From contig JAJYXB010000017.1 in NCBI GenBank assembly GCA_021791195.1, positions 13,422 to 77,421 of the forward strand: 64,000 bases of DNA, in the 5' to 3' direction. The notes beneath the pieces were generated by a model, which saw only the letters and a list, made by a program, of their open reading frames with translations, made no database searches and had not been told where the DNA came from. Made by a program: the position numbers and the translations under genes. This DNA is from Actinomycetes bacterium. GTDB taxonomy: Bacteria; Actinomycetota; Thermoleophilia; BMS3ABIN01. This document shows positions 10,351 to 19,258 of this stretch, piece by piece. Position 1 is the stretch's first letter, and each line of letters opens with the position of its first letter.

Positions 10351-11304
10351 ATGGTGATGAAACCGGCAGAGCTGAAAAACAAACGCATCGGTGTCCTGAT
10401 GGGAGGACTCTCCCGCGAGCGGGAGGTCTCCTTGCGCTCGGGGTCCGGCTGCCTGGAAGCGCTGACCGCGCTGGGTTACGACGCGGTCGGTATCGATGTG
10501 GACCGCGAGGCGGCCCCCACGCTGGGCCGCGAAGGCGTGGAGGTGGCCTTCCTGGCCCTGCACGGGAAATTTGGGGAAGACGGCGCGATCCAGGGATTGC
10601 TCGAGCTGCTCGGCATCCCCTACACCGGTTCTAGGGTTCTGGCCAGCGCCACGGGCATGAACAAGGTGCGTACGAAGCAGGTCGCGGCCTGGTACGGCAT
10701 CGCCACGCCCGCGTTTGCCATCTTCGACGGCGTCCACGAGCTGGAGGCCGCGACTCGCGACGCAGCCGCGCGGCTGCGTTTTCCCGTGATGGTGAAACCG
10801 TGCGAGGAAGGCTCGAGCCTGGGAGTAGCAAAGGTGGAGAGCCCCGATCGGCTGGCGGAGGTGGTGCACGCCACGCATGGCGATTTCGGGCCCTCGCTGG
10901 CGGAAGAGTTCGTCGAGGGCGACGAGGTGACCGTGGGTCTGCTGGAATCGGAGGACGAACTAACGGCGCTGCCGGTGCTGCAGCTTGTACCGGGCGCCGA
11001 CTTCTATGACTTTCACTCCAAATACAGTGAGGGCGGCACCCGCTTCATCGTGCCGGCGGAGCTGCCTGAGCCGGTCTGCGCCCGGACCCGGGAGCTGGCC
11101 GCGCAGGTGCACCGGGCGCTGGGCTGCCGCGGGTTCAGCAGGGTGGATTTCATCATCGGCGCGGATGGCGCACCGCAGCTGACCGAGATCAACACCATTC
11201 CCGGAATGACCGCCACCTCGGACCTGCCGGCGCAGGCAGCCGCTGCCGGCATCGGTTATGAAGAGCTGGTGGAGAGGATGCTGACGACCGCGATGCTGCC
11301 CTGA
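10351..11304 (+). CDS. ddl: D-alanine--D-alanine ligase
   Basis: RIGVLMGGLSREREVSLRSG N-terminus, ATP-grasp motifs, C-terminal EINTIPGMT. Start taken at the MVMKPAELK ATG. Confidence 0.85.
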   Translation: MVMKPAELKNKRIGVLMGGLSREREVSLRSGSGCLEALTALGYDAVGIDVDREAAPTLGREGVEVAFLALHGKFGEDGAIQGLLELLGIPYTGSRVLASATGMNKVRTKQVAAWYGIATPAFAIFDGVHELEAATRDAAARLRFPVMVKPCEEGSSLGVAKVESPDRLAEVVHATHGDFGPSLAEEFVEGDEVTVGLLESEDELTALPVLQLVPGADFYDFHSKYSEGGTRFIVPAELPEPVCARTRELAAQVHRALGCRGFSRVDFIIGADGAPQLTEINTIPGMTATSDLPAQAAAAGIGYEELVERMLTTAMLP

Positions 11305-11352
11305 GCGCCGCCTTTGCGCTGGGCTGTGGGGTTTCCGCCTTCGGGGTCTTTT

Positions 11353-11562
11353 CTACCGCTTATGGTGTCTGGAACTGGCATCGAGATAGGCTTCGCGCAG
11401 TATCCCTCTGGCGACCAGTTCCGCATTGACGCCGTAGCTGCGTGAGGCCACAGATGCTCTTAGCCGCTCGACCCTGTGGGCTCGCTCAAGGCGATTTCGC
11501 AGCGACAGTTCCTGTACATCGATTGGCATCATGAGATCAATTTTCATGTCAACGAGAGCCAT
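11353..11562 (-). CDS. small ribbon-helix-helix (FitA/VapB-like) antitoxin-type protein, candidate
   Basis: 69-aa ORF in a 426-bp gap. AAGGA RBS 5 nt upstream of the ATG. ...LRASVASRSYGVNAELVARGILREA resembles the RHH helix pattern of FitA/VapB-type antitoxins. Confidence 0.35.
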   Translation of the reverse strand: MALVDMKIDLMMPIDVQELSLRNRLERAHRVERLRASVASRSYGVNAELVARGILREAYLDASSRHHKR

Positions 11563-11730
11563 TGAAATCCTTGTGTGGGCTTCTTCCCGCGGGCTCCCTT
11601 TTCCATTAATAATATCGGAGCCTGCCCGCACTTGATTGAATATTATTCTTTTCCGGCGGCCGTGGACTTTGGCCTCATCCTTGCTTGCAGTTACAATTAT
11701 TAATGGATTGCATGACCGGGATGATGACAT

Positions 11731-12468
11731 ATGGGTAGATTGAGGTTCGGCGGCCAGGCGGCTTCGCGGGCAGGAATCAGCTTTCTTGCCGGCCACGGGT
11801 TTGATTTTGCCGACCTGAACCTGAATGAGATGGACAAGATCCGCTCCGAGGAGCAGGAGATTCTCACGGGGGCGCACAAGGCGGGGATGTTCTTCGTCGC
11901 CCATGGCCCCGACCTGCGGGTTGATGATCCGGCAGGGCTTGCCAGGATTGAGGAATCGGTCAGGTACGCGGAGGCGTTCGCGCCGCGCACGATCACCATC
12001 CACCCCATCCTGTCGCCGATCTCGAAGGACAATACACCCGAAAGGATCAAACTCAAACTGCGCGAGATCGGCAGGCTGCAGGAGCTGGCTTCCGCTTACG
12101 GCGCCAGCATCGCCTGCGAGAACACCGCGGAGGAAGCCGTAGACATGCGGCAGCTGCTGGACGCTGTGCCGGGGGCCGTGCTGACGGTGGACATCGGGCA
12201 CAGCGAGCTTCTCAGCGAGCGGAACAAGTCGCTGGATTTCATCGAGGCATTCCCCGACCGCATTGGTCATATCCATATCCACGACAACGTGGGCGGCAAC
12301 ACATATTACGAGGATCTGCACCTGCCGCTGGGCGAGGGCAGGATCGACTTCGCCCCGATCATGCGGGCCCTGAGCGCCCTGCCCCAGGAAGTGACAGTCA
12401 CATTCGAGATGCCCCGGCAGAAAGCCTACGAAGGTCTCAACTGGCTGCGGGAGCGCAGCCTGGCCTGA
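11731..12468 (+). CDS. sugar phosphate isomerase/epimerase (xylose isomerase-like TIM barrel)
   Basis: ACEN..., HIHIHDN and GEGRIDF motifs typical of the AP-endonuclease-2 / xylose-isomerase-like TIM barrel family. 245 aa. Confidence 0.6.
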   Translation: MGRLRFGGQAASRAGISFLAGHGFDFADLNLNEMDKIRSEEQEILTGAHKAGMFFVAHGPDLRVDDPAGLARIEESVRYAEAFAPRTITIHPILSPISKDNTPERIKLKLREIGRLQELASAYGASIACENTAEEAVDMRQLLDAVPGAVLTVDIGHSELLSERNKSLDFIEAFPDRIGHIHIHDNVGGNTYYEDLHLPLGEGRIDFAPIMRALSALPQEVTVTFEMPRQKAYEGLNWLRERSLA

Positions 12469-12528
12469 CCCGGTTCCCTGGAGCTGCACGCCCCGGTCCG
12501 CAGGAACCCGAAAAGAAGGAAGACATTT

Positions 12529-13155
12529 ATGGGGACGACCAGCGTATACCGCGCCAAGAACAACATCTATCTGAATCTGACCAATCGCTGCTCTTCCGAT
12601 TGCAGCTTCTGCCTGGCCCGTTTTGCCGGCACCGTCTATGGCAGCGATCTCAGGCTTGAAAGCGAACCCGAAGTCGCAGACGTGCTGCGCGACCTGGAGT
12701 ACGAATTCCTGGAGGGTCCCGCCGACGAGGTGGTTTTCTGCGGCCTGGGTGAGCCGACGTTGCGGCTGGATGCGGTTTTGCAGATCACGGAATGGCTTCA
12801 CCTGAGGCGGATTCGCTCGCGACTTAACACCAACGGACAGGGCGCGCTCATCAATCCGGAGGTCGATGTCGCCGCCAAACTGGCGCGCGCCGGCCTGGAT
12901 GCAGTGTCGATCAGCCTTGTGGCCCATAATTCGGAAGTCTACAATCAGATATGCCGGCCGATTTTCAGCAAAGCGTTTCGCGCGGTGATCGGATTTGCCG
13001 AAGATTGCATCCGCGCGGGGATTGAAGTGACGCTGAGCGTAGTCGATCTTCCAGAGGTCGACATCGAGGCTTGCCGCAGCATCGCCGCCAGAATGGGTGC
13101 GGCATTCCGCGTGCGGCCGCTGATCACGGCCGGTTCCCAGGAGGTTAGCGCTTGA
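12529..13155 (+). CDS. minimal (~208 aa) radical SAM protein
   Basis: NLTNRCSSDCSFC = CX3CX2C [4Fe-4S]/SAM motif near the N-terminus. GLGEPTL glycine-rich SAM-binding motif. Confidence 0.6.
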   Translation: MGTTSVYRAKNNIYLNLTNRCSSDCSFCLARFAGTVYGSDLRLESEPEVADVLRDLEYEFLEGPADEVVFCGLGEPTLRLDAVLQITEWLHLRRIRSRLNTNGQGALINPEVDVAAKLARAGLDAVSISLVAHNSEVYNQICRPIFSKAFRAVIGFAEDCIRAGIEVTLSVVDLPEVDIEACRSIAARMGAAFRVRPLITAGSQEVSA

Positions 13156-13859
13156 ACGAGAACCGGACTCCCCGGATATTGCTGGTCGACGATGAGGAGG
13201 CCATCCAGAAGCTGCTGACATACCCCATGGAAAAAGAGGGGTATGAGATCGAACAGGCTCGCGACGGCGAGGAAGCGCTAGCCAAATTCCATGAGCACCA
13301 GTTCGATCTGATTGTGCTGGACATCATGCTTCCTGGCATGAGCGGCATCGATGTCTGCCGGCTAATAAGGGCCGAGAGCAACATCCCCATCATCATGCTC
13401 ACTGCCAAGTCCGACGAGTTCGACAAGGTTCTGGGCCTGGAGATCGGCGCCGACGACTATATCACCAAGCCGTTCAGCATCCGCGAGTTCCGCAGCCGGG
13501 TCAAGGCGCAGCTCAGGCGGGCGCAGATGAGCGTCGAGGCGCCGGCGGCGGCCAAGGAAATGGTCGAACTGGACAGCCTCACGATCGATTTTCTCAAGCG
13601 CAACGTATTTGTGAAAGACGAGAAAGTGGATTTGACCTACAAGGAATTCGAGCTGCTGAAGACGCTTGTGGGCCATCCCGGGCGCGTGTTCAGCCGGGAT
13701 TCGCTGCTGCACCTGGTGTGGGGGGATTCTGACTTTCGCGACCCGCGTACCGTGGATGTGCACATCCGCCACCTGCGCGAAAAGATCGAACCCGACGCCC
13801 ACGATCCGGAGTACATCTTTACCGTCCGCGGCGCCGGCTATAAGTTCCGGGACATGTAG
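13152..13859 (+). CDS. OmpR-family response regulator (WalR/CssR-like)
   Basis: Receiver domain LLVDDEE...DLIVLDIMLPGMSG. Winged-helix trans_reg_C domain ...TVRGAGYKF. TTG start overlaps the upstream stop. Confidence 0.85.
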   Translation: MNENRTPRILLVDDEEAIQKLLTYPMEKEGYEIEQARDGEEALAKFHEHQFDLIVLDIMLPGMSGIDVCRLIRAESNIPIIMLTAKSDEFDKVLGLEIGADDYITKPFSIREFRSRVKAQLRRAQMSVEAPAAAKEMVELDSLTIDFLKRNVFVKDEKVDLTYKEFELLKTLVGHPGRVFSRDSLLHLVWGDSDFRDPRTVDVHIRHLREKIEPDAHDPEYIFTVRGAGYKFRDM

Positions 13860-13860
13860 C

Positions 13861-15666
13861 ATGGCGTTCATCAGAAAAATCCGCACCGGCTTCCTGCACA
13901 AGATCCGTTTCAGCATCTCTGTGCGGCTCAGCCTGGTCTACTCGCTGGTTTTTGTGGTTGTCGTCGCGCTCATCTATCTGGCCGTAGTCCCGAAGCTGGA
14001 GAACAACCTCACCAGCCAGAAGGAATCCGAGCTGGGCAACTACGCCTCCCTGTTCTCCGAGAGCTTTCTCTCAGCCCAGAACCAGGGCGCCTCGCTGATC
14101 TATCTCGATCATCTTGTGCAGCAGTTCTCCGTGACGGCCGACGCACGCATCCTGTTCATGGACGGCTCCGGCAACCTGCTGGCGGATTCACAGAACGGCC
14201 AGTCTTTTGACTCCAATGATTATTCCATCTCAAAACGCGCCATCAACCACCGCGGTCCGCTCACGGATGTCGTCACCCAGAGCAACAACCAGAAATATGT
14301 GATGGCGGCGGTGCCGGTGGCCAGCTCCAACCGCATCGTCGGGGTCATCGTCGTTTCCCAGTCGCTCGCCGGCGTGCAGTCGGCGGTGTCGCTGGTGCAG
14401 CGGCTGCTGGGGATCGCGGCCGGCCTGGCGCTGGTGCTGGCGTTGATTTCCACCTACCTGGTGTCGCACTTCCTGGCGCGCCGCGTGCGGCGCATAGAAG
14501 CCGGCGCCGTCCAGATCGCCAAAGGCGACTTCGCTACGCGGGTGCCGGTGAAATCGCAGGATGAGCTGGGGCAGCTGGCGCGCACTTTCAACGACATGGG
14601 CGACAAGCTCGGGGCGGCCTTCCAGCAGATCGACGTGGAAAAGCGGCGCGCGAAGCTGCTGCTCGATGACCTCAGCGAAGGCGTGATCGGCATCGACACC
14701 AGCGGCAACATCATCGTCGCCAACCCGGCGGCGGAGAGTCTGCTGGGCAAGACGATCGAGCCGCCGGTGGCGTTGCAGGGATGCGTGCCGGAGGAGATTT
14801 TTGACCTGTGGGATTCCATGAGCGTCAACAGTCCCCAGCGCGAGGATACCTTCCTGCTCGGATCCGGGCAGGCGCTCGCGGTCCACAGCTCTTATCTCTC
14901 CGACCAGGCCGAACTGGCTTCGCTGCTGGTGCTCCGTGATGTAAGCCAGGAGGTGAAGCTGGAGCAGTCGCGCCGCGACTTCATCGCCAACGCCTCCCAC
15001 GAGCTGAAGACGCCGATCTTCTCGCTGGGCGGCTTCCTCGAGATCCTTCAGGATGAGGAAGTCGATGAGAACACCAAGCGGGAATTCGTGGCCACGATGC
15101 GCGAACAGGTTGACCGGCTGGCAAATCTTGCCAGAGATCTGCTCGACCTCTCGCGCATGGATTCCGGCGCGATGAGCGTTCAGGCCGGCAATGTGGAGCT
15201 GAATGAGGTGATCAGCTCCGTTGCCCGCGAATTCTCGGCGCGGCAGGTCAGCGGCGATGCCCGCGTGGACCTGGACGGTTTGCCTGCCGGGCTGACCGCC
15301 TGCTGTGACCGCGACCGGACGGTGCAGCTGGTGAGGATCCTGATCGATAACGCACTCAAGTATTCTCCGGCCAACACGAGGGTGCGGGTGTCTGGCAGAA
15401 ACGGCAATGGCGCATCGGTCAGCTTCACGGTCGCGGACGAAGGCCCGGGGATCCCCCATGATGAGATCGGCCGCATCTTCGAGCGTTTCTACCGCGGGCA
15501 TGGCGCCGGCCGCATCCGGGGCACCGGCCTCGGACTCTCGATCGCGCACGAGATCGTCCGGTTGATGAACGGTTCGATCAGTGTTGAATCGGCGGGTCGC
15601 GGCTCCTCCTTCACCGTGACCTTGCCGGCCAATGGAAAGGCGGCGCCGCGCCGGGTCGCGCATTAA
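13861..15666 (+). CDS. sensor histidine kinase (2 TM, HAMP, PAS-like, HisKA, HATPase_c)
   Basis: ATG at 13861 follows the RR stop. H-box ANASHELKTP, G-boxes DEGPGI / GTGLGLSI. Confidence 0.8.
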   Translation: MAFIRKIRTGFLHKIRFSISVRLSLVYSLVFVVVVALIYLAVVPKLENNLTSQKESELGNYASLFSESFLSAQNQGASLIYLDHLVQQFSVTADARILFMDGSGNLLADSQNGQSFDSNDYSISKRAINHRGPLTDVVTQSNNQKYVMAAVPVASSNRIVGVIVVSQSLAGVQSAVSLVQRLLGIAAGLALVLALISTYLVSHFLARRVRRIEAGAVQIAKGDFATRVPVKSQDELGQLARTFNDMGDKLGAAFQQIDVEKRRAKLLLDDLSEGVIGIDTSGNIIVANPAAESLLGKTIEPPVALQGCVPEEIFDLWDSMSVNSPQREDTFLLGSGQALAVHSSYLSDQAELASLLVLRDVSQEVKLEQSRRDFIANASHELKTPIFSLGGFLEILQDEEVDENTKREFVATMREQVDRLANLARDLLDLSRMDSGAMSVQAGNVELNEVISSVAREFSARQVSGDARVDLDGLPAGLTACCDRDRTVQLVRILIDNALKYSPANTRVRVSGRNGNGASVSFTVADEGPGIPHDEIGRIFERFYRGHGAGRIRGTGLGLSIAHEIVRLMNGSISVESAGRGSSFTVTLPANGKAAPRRVAH

Positions 15667-15831
15667 CACTTCTTAATCTCTCTTAACCCTATCTCAGTTG
15701 GCGTTTCTTATCGCTAAGGTATAATTTTTATACGATTGGGATCGAAAAAGACCCAATGTTTTGGCGGGAGAACCGCAATCTTGATATCGGGGGGTTGTCG
15801 CCTCTCGATATTCTTGATAGGAAGGGTGAAA

Positions 15832-17022
15832 ATGAGAAAAGGTTTATTGGACGTGATCAACAGCGCTGCTGCCGGTTTTGCCGGCGCGGCCGTGCTCCTG
15901 CTGCTGGCGTTTGCGCTGCACTGGGGCGGCCTGGGTCAGAATCAGCAGGCACAGCTGGCACAGACGCCGTCTGGCAACGACACGGGAACGTCCACGCAGC
16001 AGTTTACGGCGTCGTCTGGTCCTGGCGGCATCATGAATGCCGAGCAGATCTATCAGAAGTATGCCGACTCGGCAGTCCAGATCGTCTCGACATTTCCGGC
16101 GCCGAGCGGCGACTTCTTCCACAGCGCACAGAATGCCCAGCAGGGAATCGGATCCGGTTTTGTGGTCTCACCCGACGGTTACATTCTCACCAACGCGCAC
16201 GTCATCACCGATACCACCAGCGTGCAGACAGGCGGCCCCTCCACCAAGGCTTCCGATGTTGAGGTGAACTTCCGCAACGGCAAGAAAGTCAAGGCGCAGA
16301 TCGTCGGCTACGACCTCACCAGCAGCGATATCGCCCTCCTGAAGGTCGATCCCACGGGATTGAACCTGGTGCCCGCGGTGCTTGGCAATTCGGATCAGGT
16401 GCAGGTCGGTGAGCCGGTGGTGGCCATCGGCAGCCCGTTCGGCGTCTACGCCAGCTCGCTTACCTCGGGTGTCGTCAGTGCTGTCAACCGCACGGTCGAG
16501 TCGCCGCAGGTCGGCTTCACCATCAATAACGCCATCCAGACGGATGCCGCCATCAACAGTGGCAACAGCGGCGGCCCGCTGTTCAACGAGCGCGGCGAGG
16601 TCATCGGTCTGAATGAGCAGATCGCCACCACCAGCGGCGGTTCCGAGGGCGTGGGCTTCGCGGTGCCGATCAATACTGCCAAGAAGGTCAAGGACCAGAT
16701 CATTACGACCGGTTCGGTGGATTACGCCTTCATGGGAGTCGTCGGCCGGACGGTAGACAAGGGCATTGCCCAGCAGGATAATCTGCCGGTCGACAAGGGC
16801 GCGCTTATCACCGACGTGCAAGCGGGCAGCCCGGCGGATCAGGCAGGCATCCGGAAGAACGACATCATCATCTCCATCGATGGCCATGACATGAAAACGA
16901 TGGAAGATGTGACCGGTTACCTCGTGCAGAAGAAACCGGGCGACCAGGTCAAGGTTACGGTCAGGCGGGGCGACAAGACCCGGGACATCCAGGTTAAGCT
17001 GGGGAAGCGGCCGACCAGCTAG
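15832..17022 (+). CDS. htrA: trypsin-like serine protease HtrA/DegP with PDZ domain
   Basis: Catalytic triad context TNAHV, DIALL and GNSGGPL. C-terminal PDZ. N-terminal TM anchor. Confidence 0.85.
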   Translation: MRKGLLDVINSAAAGFAGAAVLLLLAFALHWGGLGQNQQAQLAQTPSGNDTGTSTQQFTASSGPGGIMNAEQIYQKYADSAVQIVSTFPAPSGDFFHSAQNAQQGIGSGFVVSPDGYILTNAHVITDTTSVQTGGPSTKASDVEVNFRNGKKVKAQIVGYDLTSSDIALLKVDPTGLNLVPAVLGNSDQVQVGEPVVAIGSPFGVYASSLTSGVVSAVNRTVESPQVGFTINNAIQTDAAINSGNSGGPLFNERGEVIGLNEQIATTSGGSEGVGFAVPINTAKKVKDQIITTGSVDYAFMGVVGRTVDKGIAQQDNLPVDKGALITDVQAGSPADQAGIRKNDIIISIDGHDMKTMEDVTGYLVQKKPGDQVKVTVRRGDKTRDIQVKLGKRPTS

Positions 17023-17036
17023 TCAGGGACGTCCCC

Positions 17037-18203
17037 GTGGTCTTATGCGCACTCGTATATAGCGATAGTTACCAGGGCTACGAACTCAGCCCCTCGCATC
17101 CGATGAAGCCGGCGCGGCTGATGTTGACATATGAACTGATGCGCGCTTATGGCTTGTTCGACGGCGGCGTGGCGGTCATCGAGCCGCGGGCCGCCACCGA
17201 GGACGAACTGGCGCTTGTCCATGACCGCGATTACATCGCCAAGGTCAGGGAGCTGAGCCAGCCGGGCGCGCCGGCTGGGGCAGGCGCCGGCTGGGGCCTG
17301 GGCACCGGGGACAACCCGATCTTTCCGCGGATGCACGAGGCTTCCGCCCTTATCGCTGGCGCCAGCATCACCGCTGCCGCCTGGGTCATGAAGGAGAGCC
17401 CGGGGCATGCCTTCAACATGGCCGGCGGGCTGCACCACGCGCTCAGCAACAAGGCTTCGGGATTCTGTGTTTACAACGATGCGGCGATTGCCATCGCCTG
17501 GCTGAAGAAACACTATGGCGCCCGCGCACTCTACCTGGACTTCGACGCCCATCACGGCGATGGGGTCCAGTACGCTTTTGAAGCCGACCCCGACGTGCTG
17601 ACAGTATCCTTCCATGAGTCGGGGATGTACCTGTTCCCCGGGACCGGCTTCACCAACGAGCGGGGCCGGGGCGCCGGCAGCGGTTATGCTGTGAACCTGC
17701 CGCTGCCTCCGGGATCCGCCGATGGCGAGCTCATCGAAGCTTTTGATGCGCTGGTGCCGCCGCTGGCGCGCGCCTTCAGGCCGGACATCATCGTGACCCA
17801 GGACGGCTGCGATGCTCACTGGAGCGATCCGCTCTCGCACCTGGCGTTGACGCTGGCCGGCTACCGGGCGCTGTTCGAGCGCCAGCAACGGCTGGCGCAT
17901 GAGCTGACCGGCGGCCGCTGGCTGGCGCTGGGTGGTGGCGGCTACCAGGCGTATACCTCCGTGCCGCGCATCTGGACCATCCTGCTGGAGGTCATGGCCG
18001 GCAGAAAGCTCGATGATACGCTGCCGGAAGAATGGCGCCGGCTGTGTGCCCGGTTTGAAGCAGGCGCTGTGCCGCGCCGGCTGAACGAGGATGACAGCCC
18101 TGAGGCGCCGGTCGCCGAATCGGAGCGTGTCCGCGCCTCGGTCCGGCGCAGTGTCGACGAGATCATCAGCGGCGTGCCGGCGGAGCTCAGGGCCGCGCTG
18201 TAA
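17037..18203 (+). CDS. histone deacetylase-family protein (AcuC-like)
   Basis: YDLSPSHPMKP..., DFDAHHGDG and Zn-binding residues typical of the Arginase/HDAC fold. Confidence 0.75.
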   Translation: MVLCALVYSDSYQGYELSPSHPMKPARLMLTYELMRAYGLFDGGVAVIEPRAATEDELALVHDRDYIAKVRELSQPGAPAGAGAGWGLGTGDNPIFPRMHEASALIAGASITAAAWVMKESPGHAFNMAGGLHHALSNKASGFCVYNDAAIAIAWLKKHYGARALYLDFDAHHGDGVQYAFEADPDVLTVSFHESGMYLFPGTGFTNERGRGAGSGYAVNLPLPPGSADGELIEAFDALVPPLARAFRPDIIVTQDGCDAHWSDPLSHLALTLAGYRALFERQQRLAHELTGGRWLALGGGGYQAYTSVPRIWTILLEVMAGRKLDDTLPEEWRRLCARFEAGAVPRRLNEDDSPEAPVAESERVRASVRRSVDEIISGVPAELRAAL

Positions 18204-18236
18204 CAGCTCCCTGTTTTTCCGTTATACTGCTCACTT

Positions 18237-19205
18237 ATGAGCAGCAGTGCCAGCGACATCCAGCAGCTCGCGATCGAGCTTACCGGCGCCATCCGCGCCA
18301 GGATTCTGCCACAGATCGGCAGCGCCGACGCGCGCGTCCACGCGGGCACCGCTGTTGGCGGCGACGTCACCTTTGGCATCGATGAGGTTGCCGAGGAATT
18401 CCTGGTCAAGTTCCTGCGGGAGCGCGGCGCAAACGTGGCGATGTACTCCGAGGACAAGGGCCTGCTGACGTTCGGTGAGCCCGAGCATGTGCTGATCATC
18501 GATCCGGTGGACGGCACGCGTCCGGCCGCAGCAGGGCTGGAGGGCGCGATGGTCTCCGTTGCGGTGGCGGATCTCAGGGATGAGCCCGCCATGGGCGACG
18601 TCTCGTTCGGCTGCCTGCAAGAGATCAAGAGCGGCGCTTTGTTCACCGCTGTCCGCGGGGAGGGAGTGTCCATCACCGGCGCAGATGGCGAACCTGCTGC
18701 CGTGATCCTTTCCGAAAACACCGACCTGGCGCGGCTGTTCTGGACGATCGGCTTCCGCGGCCGTCCGGCGCGGGCGCTGATCGAGGCGCTCGGCGATCTG
18801 GTCGATGCCTCCTCCGTGGACGGCGCCGTCTTCGATCTGGGCAGCGCCACTTTTTCCATCACCCGCATTCTCACTGGCCAGCTGGACGCCTACGTCGATG
18901 TGGGGCCGCGCATGATCGAGGAGGTTCCGGAGGTACGGCCGCTGTTCGAGCGCGTTGGCAAGGGGGCCATCCTCAACAATTCCCCCCACGACCTGGCCGC
19001 GGTCGGGCTCATCGCCCGCGAGGCGGGCGCCTTCTTTGGCGATGGCTGGGGCAATTCGCTGTCGGAGCGGTTGCTGCTGGGATCCGAGCACGAGTTTCAA
19101 ATGTCCTGCATTGCGGCGTCAAATGGCGAACTCGCGGGCCGCATCGTCGCCGCGGTGGACGAAGGCATCGACAAGCTCAGGGCTGCGTTTGGAAAGAGCC
19201 GTTAA
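18237..19205 (+). CDS. inositol monophosphatase / FBPase-family phosphatase
   Basis: IIDPVDGT metal-binding motif and C-terminal HDLAA motif. Confidence 0.7.
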   Translation: MSSSASDIQQLAIELTGAIRARILPQIGSADARVHAGTAVGGDVTFGIDEVAEEFLVKFLRERGANVAMYSEDKGLLTFGEPEHVLIIDPVDGTRPAAAGLEGAMVSVAVADLRDEPAMGDVSFGCLQEIKSGALFTAVRGEGVSITGADGEPAAVILSENTDLARLFWTIGFRGRPARALIEALGDLVDASSVDGAVFDLGSATFSITRILTGQLDAYVDVGPRMIEEVPEVRPLFERVGKGAILNNSPHDLAAVGLIAREAGAFFGDGWGNSLSERLLLGSEHEFQMSCIAASNGELAGRIVAAVDEGIDKLRAAFGKSR

Positions 19206-19258
19206 CGGGCAGCAACCACTCACAAGCGGCAAAACACAGCCTGTTTGGATAGCCTTTC

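Noticed and set aside
11353-13221. 622-aa minus-strand ORF spanning two plus-strand genes and the gap between them
   Set aside because: Its product is R/G/H/Q/D-rich with no motifs and lies antisense to a TIM-barrel gene and a radical SAM gene that both carry clear family signatures. In ~64% GC DNA antisense frames rarely contain stops. Only its last ~70 codons (the RHH-like ORF with its own RBS) were kept as a candidate.
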